A stretch of 43,760 nt of DNA from a virus (Duplodnaviria; Caudoviricetes): positions 1 through 43,760 of IMG/VR virus record IMGVR_UViG_3300032250_000760. One strand, 5' to 3'. Every line of letters begins with the position of its first letter. Within the stretch, counting starts at the first letter, position 1. Below, piece by piece: positions 37,901-43,760 of the stretch. The notes below the pieces were generated by a model that searched no databases, was not told the DNA's origin, and saw only the letters and a program-made list of their open reading frames with translations. The position numbers were made by a program, and so were the translations under genes.

Positions 37901-40765
37901 ATGGCAGCCCTGAATCTAGACGACACCAGTCAAGTCAATTTGTACAAACAGTTCATTGGCAGCAAAGGCACCATACTGAGTGCAGAAATCTTCACTGGGG
38001 CCAACCTAGGCAAAGAAGCTGCAGATTATCAAATTTACGAAAACTGGGCAGTACGCCGTGGCACCTATGGTGCAAATGCAAACCGCAGTTATGTTGAGTT
38101 GAGATTGAATGAAGCACTGTTGCAAAGTGATCCTTCAACAGTGCAGGTGATAGAACCCGGTGAATCAAGCCTGGCCAATCAGACCATACTGCTGAATGAT
38201 CTGTGGCGAGAAAGTTATAAACTAACGTCTCCTGACTTCTTGACCACTACCACTGTCACTGTGACTGACACTGTGTTGCCCACTGCTGGCTATGTCAATG
38301 TTGACGATGTTGATATAACAGTGTTTTCTTTAGATGATCCCAGCAACATTTCTGCTGCTATCGACAGCATTGGCAATGGTACAAGAATCTGGGTAGCAAA
38401 AACCAACAGCTTTGATTGGAACGTGTACCGTGCCACACAAGTCACTGGACAAGTTACTCGTGTCACTGACAACCTTGATGGCACCAGTCTAGTAACATTT
38501 ACAGAGATACACGACCGAGCACCAGGAGATCTACTGATCATCAGATACTTTGATGCATCAGTTGACGGTGTGTATCGTGTTCTCAGCACTCCCAAGCCGA
38601 CCACTCTTACCATTGCATATGAATTCCCCAATGGCAATCAAACTGCTATAAACGGATCAGGACTGGCATTTTATCTTGATACCATGCGTGTGGCCCAGGC
38701 CAGTGATGTTGGTACACTCTCTTATGCCAACGACTTGACACCGGGTGCATTGGCCTGGGTTGACAACAACGGTGCTGGTCAATGGGAAGTACTGGAAAAA
38801 CAAAACGTTTTTGCTCCTAGCTATTCACTTGATTCAGCTGCCTCAATTAACAATTCTGGATACGGCACCAGTATTGCACAAGCATACGAAAATATTGCAG
38901 CACTGGTAGGAGCTCCAGGGTACAGCGTCACTGGTGGAATATATCCTTATCTACGTGGGCGAGACAACACCTACCAAGAAAATCCAATACTGCAACTGTC
39001 TGCGCCTGACACCTTGGGCTACGGCAGCGCATTAGATATTGGATATCAATCCTGGGCCATTGCTGGTGCGCCGCTCAGTCGCAGCGGCGCTGGCTATGCG
39101 GCAATAATTTATAGAGCACCTGCCAGCAATGTATTTTTGCAAACACAACTGCTGATTGCACCGGACCATGCACTCAGTGCAGGCAGTTTTGGTTCCGCAG
39201 TGGTCATCAGCAAAGACGAACGATGGGCGTATGTTGGCGCACCTGCTCAAAATGCAGTGTATGCATACGGTCGTGTAGACGAAGAAATTCAGCAGGTAAA
39301 CTACGTTGGCGACGGTGTTACTTCATCATTCAACTACATTGACAATCTCAATTTTGATCTAGCACAGCCTGGACAGATATCTGTGTTGGTCAACACCACA
39401 CTGCAAAGCTACGGAGTTGACTATACACTAAGCGCAACAGCAGTGGTGTTTAACTCTGCACCGTTTAAAGATTTGCCAATTACCATAGTGCGCAATATGG
39501 AGGCAAAATTTGCAGGCACTGGAACTAGAGCTACCTTTGATCTGGCACCAGTGCTGTACACAGCTACCAACATTGATGCATTTAGTGTCACAGTCGGCGA
39601 TATTTTACAGCGTCCGCACATGGACTATACCTTTGTTGGAACTGTGTTGACTTTTACACCTTCTACTATTCCAGCATCGGGCAGTACAGTTACAGTTTTA
39701 GCCGGCACACATTTCAAACATCTGGGCACAATTACTGGTCCAACAGGATCTCGTTTCGGTACAAGTGTAGCAACAGCTACTGACGGTCGACAAATAATAA
39801 TTGGCGCACCAAGAAAGTCCAACAGCGGATTGATTTCCGGCAGCACCTATGTGTATGATCGTAGCGTGTTACGCTATCAAGTGGGCATTGGCGAAACCGC
39901 AGTGAAAACTTTTGCATTGCCTACCGGATATGCACAACCAGTGTCGGTCTTGGTCAACAATCAGTTCTTAGAAAACAGCGATCAAATCTTAGGTGGTCAA
40001 TTCACTGTGACCGGTGGTCAAGTGGTGTTAGGCAGCAATTTGACACTGTCAGTGGGCGACATAATTGAAATTGAAAGCAACATATTACAAGCAGTACAAG
40101 AGATCACAATCAAAACTCCGTTTGACGAAGCACAATTTGGCACCGCAGTGGACATGTGTTCAAACAATTGCAGTGTATACAGCGGTGCACCAGCTGACGG
40201 CAAGGTCTACATTGGCGCTGGCAGTGTACAACGAAATGTAAATCAAGCACGAGTGTATGGAGTAATAACATCAACTGTTGCAAACCCTGTGCTGACTGTT
40301 GGTGACACCTTGCGTGTTGACAATTACGAAATTGCAGTTCCGGCCAACTATGTCAACAATGGAGTATCTTTACCCGGCAACAATGTTGCTGGACTAGCCA
40401 GCGCCATCAACGCAGCCAATGAAGGTGTTGGTGTTCCCAATGTTCGTGCCACAGTGTCCGATGATCTTTTCTTTGTTGGCGATGACGTTACAAAAACATT
40501 TGACATTGGCGTGACCTATTCGCAGTGCGCCAGCTACAACACTGTGGTCTATGTTGGCAATGTGTTGAAAACGGTCAATGTTGACTATACCTACAACAAC
40601 ACCGCAGGCGTCATTTCTTTTATTGTTCCACCTCGTAGTGGCGCTCGTATACGGGTAGTTTCAGGAATCTTAACTTTAAGTGTCATCAACTCTGCCGCTG
40701 CATTGACAACATCAAAACTGGAAGTGTTGCCTGGTGTAATTGGCACAGCATTCAGCGACATATGA
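31940..40765 (+). CDS. Giant virion structural protein (baseplate wedge/fibre-like), part 1, ending at an in-frame TGA
   Basis: 2941 aa after gp6; LPEIFQT, DKFVNYSQYYWLP; beta-rich modules; FG-GAP-like repeats (FGSAV..VGAP). Confidence 0.8.
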   Translation: MAKVRTVDFLPEIFQTSTNKQFLSATLDQLVQEPKFKKTQGYVGRRVGPGVNADDKYVVEPTDSRTDYQLEPGVVFRKIDSDAVKDVVTYPGITDALSTQGAVVDQSERLYTSEYYTWDPQIDFDKFVNYSQYYWLPDGPLAVSVGGTTIPIQAEYTVTRTNGVYNFSGYIGDNPTLTLLRNGNYTFNVAQNSKETVNYRVTASSTASYIIDYMPNPALTLVRGNTYVFNLNLDVVSPFWIKTAPTQGRTDPYNTGVSRNGANTGNITFTVPQDAPDTLYYASETQFNMQGQLTIVDGTPGTGPGFWIQAEPGVDGVLPWSPNISSRDVLGVINNGEDLGTVEFDVPLSTAQSFYYGLTSIGSVDLATNLTFSQINNVFVSEFFANYPTGIDGITNLDGRTVVFLNTSNDVDADSWENISQYDPLLPGQQGLGGFDTTTFAQAVPLSQNQRYSVWQINYVTTSGGQQYIQLTESRSVTNLEKFTIAFGIQYSNTGWYKNASGYFEEIPLLTAVKDVLYYQDGTDPGIFGQIRLLDQTNATTTYISDIIGKPNYISSNGVTFTNGLKVQFRGTTVPAEYENQEYYVEGVGTAIRLLPVGNFITPEPFTQNSPVPYDSLPFDIGNYDYTLNMPLLPEYLTINRASPDLNAWSRGNRWFHIDVITAAAAYNNTVPVLNNLQRAKRPIIEFYAGTQLYQFGSQGIQPVNIVDFEETDAMSNINGSLGYSVDGYSFVQGTRVIFAADTNPQVRNKVYEVTFIKPDTQSPIIAQPIINLVPAADAEALVNQTVVNLNGLTQQGISYYFDGVEWKYAQQKTKTNQAPLFEVYDSAGVSFSDTTKYPSTTFAGTKLFSYAVGTGVADTVLGVPLRYLSLNNIGDIVFDNNFYTDTFIYVVGNTAITENVSAGFAYQYSNRVAYERQLGWKVGATPSLIRQQFQFTYDGSPLRFNIAIPENSVVPAMQLYVGSKFVLPSEYTVTRTSTTTTVVLNNIYTPGSIIEVQVLSNQPSDNGFFQVPINLANNPFNVNSPDFTLGTVRSHYESIAQNLINFAGDINGPNNTRDLGNIGRYGTVILQQSAPMTLAGFFMRSSEYNVFKSLEFNDREYNKFKNRMLENAIRSEWGTMTTSEILDSIVTDLNTGKTNLNSFFYSDMLPSSNVYTDTVYTVSPITTGTFNTLQTYDFTSANFLGLLVYLNDRLLTLNYDYTVSSDSPLITVTVALSVGDTVTVREYATTTGNFVPNTPTKMGLYAAYKPEMFLDENYVRPIMVIRGHDGSITAAFGDIRDDILLEFEHRIFNNLKTEGNPVPLTPEEVIPGYFRTTDYTQQEITTILGESFLTWIGQNKIDYKTQQYLADNAFTYNYSQAGDKEKNLPLLGAWRGISRYFYDTLNPNYTPWEMLGFSQQPTWWETRYGPAPYTQDNLVLWDDIQAGFVADPDGPYVDPRFVRPNLSTYFIPTGTEGQLLAPINSVVGQYDPNAWRKSWVVGDGGPAEAAWWTSSSYPFAVMRLLALTRPAKFFSLFADRDLYKYNTEFDQYLYNGRYRLDANGVQVYGGHINAVTGAVIPVSKASYINWIVDYNQQLGINSTLTLEAVLSNLDVRLCWRTGSFTDKQYLKIYTERSSPNSLNSSLLLPDESYDLMLYKNSPFSSVAYSAVIVQITDAGYAVLGYSTTDPYFNIFASRANGQLQTVSAGGSTVRVPKQYTNDIVQVPYGFVFANQSSVVDFLLSYGEYLKYQGMVFDTRENGYTLDWKQMANEFLYWANQGWNTNSLINLNPAAIQLTAERPGAVVDNITVQNPENMLLDQNRTPFDARNLIIERLENRFTVTSANNQSIAYAKIQFVSYENLVVLNNVSIFADLIYNPATGARQNRVYVTAFTTTEWNGTLDAQGFVLNQDNVQLWAPNRKYAKGEIVNYKNNYWSAQSIIQPKLEFAYADWVKSDYTKIQKGLLPNIANKADQLANSYDTQTANLESDNDLLSYGLIGFQPREYMAALNLDDTSQVNLYKQFIGSKGTILSAEIFTGANLGKEAADYQIYENWAVRRGTYGANANRSYVELRLNEALLQSDPSTVQVIEPGESSLANQTILLNDLWRESYKLTSPDFLTTTTVTVTDTVLPTAGYVNVDDVDITVFSLDDPSNISAAIDSIGNGTRIWVAKTNSFDWNVYRATQVTGQVTRVTDNLDGTSLVTFTEIHDRAPGDLLIIRYFDASVDGVYRVLSTPKPTTLTIAYEFPNGNQTAINGSGLAFYLDTMRVAQASDVGTLSYANDLTPGALAWVDNNGAGQWEVLEKQNVFAPSYSLDSAASINNSGYGTSIAQAYENIAALVGAPGYSVTGGIYPYLRGRDNTYQENPILQLSAPDTLGYGSALDIGYQSWAIAGAPLSRSGAGYAAIIYRAPASNVFLQTQLLIAPDHALSAGSFGSAVVISKDERWAYVGAPAQNAVYAYGRVDEEIQQVNYVGDGVTSSFNYIDNLNFDLAQPGQISVLVNTTLQSYGVDYTLSATAVVFNSAPFKDLPITIVRNMEAKFAGTGTRATFDLAPVLYTATNIDAFSVTVGDILQRPHMDYTFVGTVLTFTPSTIPASGSTVTVLAGTHFKHLGTITGPTGSRFGTSVATATDGRQIIIGAPRKSNSGLISGSTYVYDRSVLRYQVGIGETAVKTFALPTGYAQPVSVLVNNQFLENSDQILGGQFTVTGGQVVLGSNLTLSVGDIIEIESNILQAVQEITIKTPFDEAQFGTAVDMCSNNCSVYSGAPADGKVYIGAGSVQRNVNQARVYGVITSTVANPVLTVGDTLRVDNYEIAVPANYVNNGVSLPGNNVAGLASAINAANEGVGVPNVRATVSDDLFFVGDDVTKTFDIGVTYSQCASYNTVVYVGNVLKTVNVDYTYNNTAGVISFIVPPRSGARIRVVSGILTLSVINSAAALTTSKLEVLPGVIGTAFSDI

Positions 40766-43760
40766 TTTCTAAACTATGCATACACTCAAACTATAACAAG
40801 TCCTTACCCAACCCTAGGCGCAAACTTTGGTGCTGAAGTGTTTGTCGGCTCTGAAACAGTCAATTTAGTAGTGGGCGCACCCAACGGCAATCTGTACCAG
40901 CCAGTGACATTTGACAACAACCAGACCTACTTTGATGATCGCAGCACAGTGTTTTCCACTGTTTTAGTACAGAGCGGAGTAACATACACATATGACTATC
41001 TACCCAGCTCAACTGACTCAGTTGCTAATCCTGGGCAGTTTGTGTTTGGTCAACAAATGTACGACAGCGACATTGTTGAATTGGATCGCTACGGCACCGC
41101 TGTCAGCTATGTTACTGGAAGACTGTTGATTGGTTCGCCCGGCAGTGATCTTGGTGACAGCAGCGCCAATTATGGACGAGTCAGCGTGTTTGAAAATGCC
41201 AATAGAACGCCGGCCTGGACAGTGAAACACATACAGCAACCAGTGGTTGATATCACCTTGCTGAATTCCATCTACATGTATGATAAATTGCAATCCACAA
41301 TTACATCTTACTTGGATTTCATTGACCCGTTGCAGGGAAAAATTCTTGGTGTTGCAAGAGAAAACATTGACTATATTGGCGCAGTAGATCCTGCAAACTA
41401 CAACAACGGTCCAGTACACAATGTGGGCAATCCATGGGGCCAGTCAAAAGTGGGACAAATTTGGTGGGACACAAACCTGGTGCGATTCATTGATCCAAAC
41501 CAGGACGACATTGTGTACGCCAGTCGCAGATGGAGTCAAGTATTCCCTGGCAGCAGTGTGGACATTTACCAATGGATTGAAAGTGATGTGACTCCTGCCA
41601 ACTACACAGGTCCAGGAACACCATTGAGTGTAGTGAGCTATACCACACGCTCAGAACTCAACATCGACAACATTTTTGCCACTCGTTACTATTATTGGGT
41701 GCGCAACATAGCCACTGTAAACACTGTAGCTGGCAAAAAACTCAGCACAACTGCCATTGCCAACTACATAGAAAATCCACGAGCCAGTGGTATCTCTTAT
41801 TTGGCCGCATTGAACGCCAGCACAGTGGCAGTGTACAATGTGAATGCATTGATTTCTGCACAAGACACAATCTTGCACATTGAATATGATCGTATCAAGA
41901 ACGACGACAATGTGCATCAGGAATACGAACTGATTGCCGACGGGGTAGCTGACAGTTTCTTAAGTGCAAACTTGTATTTAAAACTGCAAGACAGTCTCAG
42001 TGGAATCAACTTGATTGGCGCATCTGTGCCAGATACATCTTTGAGTCCAGCAGAACGATATGGCGTTGAGTTTAGACCTCGACAAAGCATGTTCGTTGAT
42101 CGATTCGCTGCGTTGAAAAACTACCTTGGCTATGCTAACCGAGTATTGGCAAATTATCCAATCACAGAAACCAAGAGTTTTGCTCTGCTCAACAGTAGAG
42201 AACCTGAACCAGCGGCTGGCAGCGGTGCTTGGAATCTACGTGTTGCTGATTTAACTGAACTGAGTTATCAAAATCTAGCGTTGGTTTCAATTGGCTATCG
42301 ATATCTAGTGGCAACAGACTCCAGCAATTCAGGATTCTGGACCATATATCAAGTCACAGCCGGCACACTGGTTGGCAGCAAAGAACTAACACTGATCCGT
42401 GTGCAAAATTACGACACCAGTCGTTACTGGAGTTACATCAACTGGTACGCACCTGGCTACGACAGCACACTAAATCCTGTTGCAACTGTTGCCAACTATG
42501 CTGGCCTGTCAGAGCTGACACTAACGGTGGCACCAGTTGGTTCCAGTGTCAAAGTATCAAACTCGCAAATAGGCAAGTATGAAATCTATCAGCGCACTCT
42601 ACTTGGCTGGGACCGAGTAGGACTAGAAGACGGCACCATTGAGTTCAGTGCCGCTTTATGGGATTATGCCATTGGCAAATTTGGATTTGATTCCGAAGTG
42701 TTCGATGCACAGTACTATGATCAAGAACCTGTAATCGAAACACGTAAAATTATCCAAGCAATTAACCAGCAGTTGTTCATCGATGAATTGGCTATCAATC
42801 GAAATCGCGCATTGATTTTGATGTTTGAATTTATCATGAGTGAATTTTCTGCACCGGACTGGTTGATAAAAACCAGTTTGATTGATGTTGATCACAAGAT
42901 TCGTGACCTAGTACCGTATCAGTCCTATCGTCAAGACAACCAGGACTTTGTGCTGAATTACATACAAGAAGTCAAGCCGTATCACACACAGATTCGCGAG
43001 TTTAATCTGTCCTACAACGGTGCTGATGCTTATCCTGGCATGATGACAGACTTTGACGTCCCTGCGTTTTATGACACCAGTCTAGTTGTGCCGCAATTTA
43101 TCAGTCCTGTGCTGTTGCCGTATACTGGCTCAACGGCCAACAGTAAAAGTAACCCCAATGCTGACACTGATGCTACTGCTATTATCTGGACAGAAAATCC
43201 CTGGAACGAGTGGTACAACAATTATCTACTGAGTGTGCAATCGGTGGTCATAACCAATCCTGGCCAAGGCTATACTACAGCACCAGAAGTTGTCATCACA
43301 GGAGACTGTGTGGTTCCGGCAGCAATGACTGCGGTAATCAATAGTGCGGGTCAAGTGGTAAGAGTTGATATTGACAGCTACGGTAGCGGATACCTCACAA
43401 CTGCAATAATAACTTTAGTCGGTGGCAACGGCAACGGTGCCACAGCTTCTGTCGTAATGGGCAATAGCCTGGTTCGTCAACTCAAGACCACAATAAAATA
43501 CGACAGATATCAGTATTCATCCAACATTGTTGAATGGCAAGCTAATGTTCTATATGATGACGGCACGCTGGTTAGGTATGCAGACCGTGTATGGCAAGCA
43601 GACAGTGGCGATAGTTTCGGAGTTCAGAGCGCCACGTTTGATCCATTCCAGTGGTTAGAGGTAAATGCCGGTACCTTAACCGGGGTTGACCGTACCATGG
43701 GCTTCTATGCTCCTACTGTCAATCAACCCGGACTGAGTCTGCCTCTGTTGATTGACAGTA
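40766..43760 (+). CDS. Same-frame continuation of the giant structural protein, partial at the window end (absent from the ORF track)
   Basis: Translated by hand: 998 stop-free codons FLNYAYTQTITSP...FGAEV...VVGAPNG...GQIWWD...EVKPYHTQIRE...; first in-frame ATG at 41057 has no clear RBS. Confidence 0.85.

Noticed and set aside
40763-40800. Genome-wide TGA recoding or selenocysteine insertion
   Set aside because: TGA ends several genes in ATGA overlaps (12196, 12795, 18014, 8429, 9198), Trp uses TGG, and no SECIS-like hairpin follows the codon.
41018-42895. Short ORFs listed after 40765 suggesting a gene-poor region
   Set aside because: The region is one continuous plus-strand frame, omitted from the track because it has no stop inside the window.

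Overview
The window is part of a large T4-like (contractile-tailed) dsDNA phage genome; the Bug/TctC gene weakly suggests a betaproteobacterial host. Left to right: a minus-strand head module (gp22 partial, gp21, acidic core protein, gp20 portal) preceded by a tape-measure-like protein with a lytic-transglycosylase-like domain; a divergent plus-strand operon (gp26-like/gp51-like pair joined by a T-TTT-TTC slippery site, then DUF1415-like, ATE_C-like transferase, DUF6614-like, APRT, MTA/SAH nucleosidase); a ~400-bp non-coding, strongly structured segment directly downstream of a GIY-YIG nuclease gene; a minus-strand block gp55-gp47-gp46 interleaved with metabolic cargo (sulfotransferase-like, Bug, adenylate-forming enzyme, SDR, radical SAM); and a plus-strand baseplate module (tube initiator, gp53, hub, gp5, gp25, gp6) ending in a giant virion protein interrupted by one in-frame TGA and running off the window. 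Best leads: the candidate pseudoknotted ncRNA coupled to the GIY-YIG nuclease, the probable -1 frameshift, the stand-alone aminoacyl-transferase-like operon, the in-frame TGA and apparent leaderless late transcripts. All family calls come from motif recognition by eye, not from database searches.
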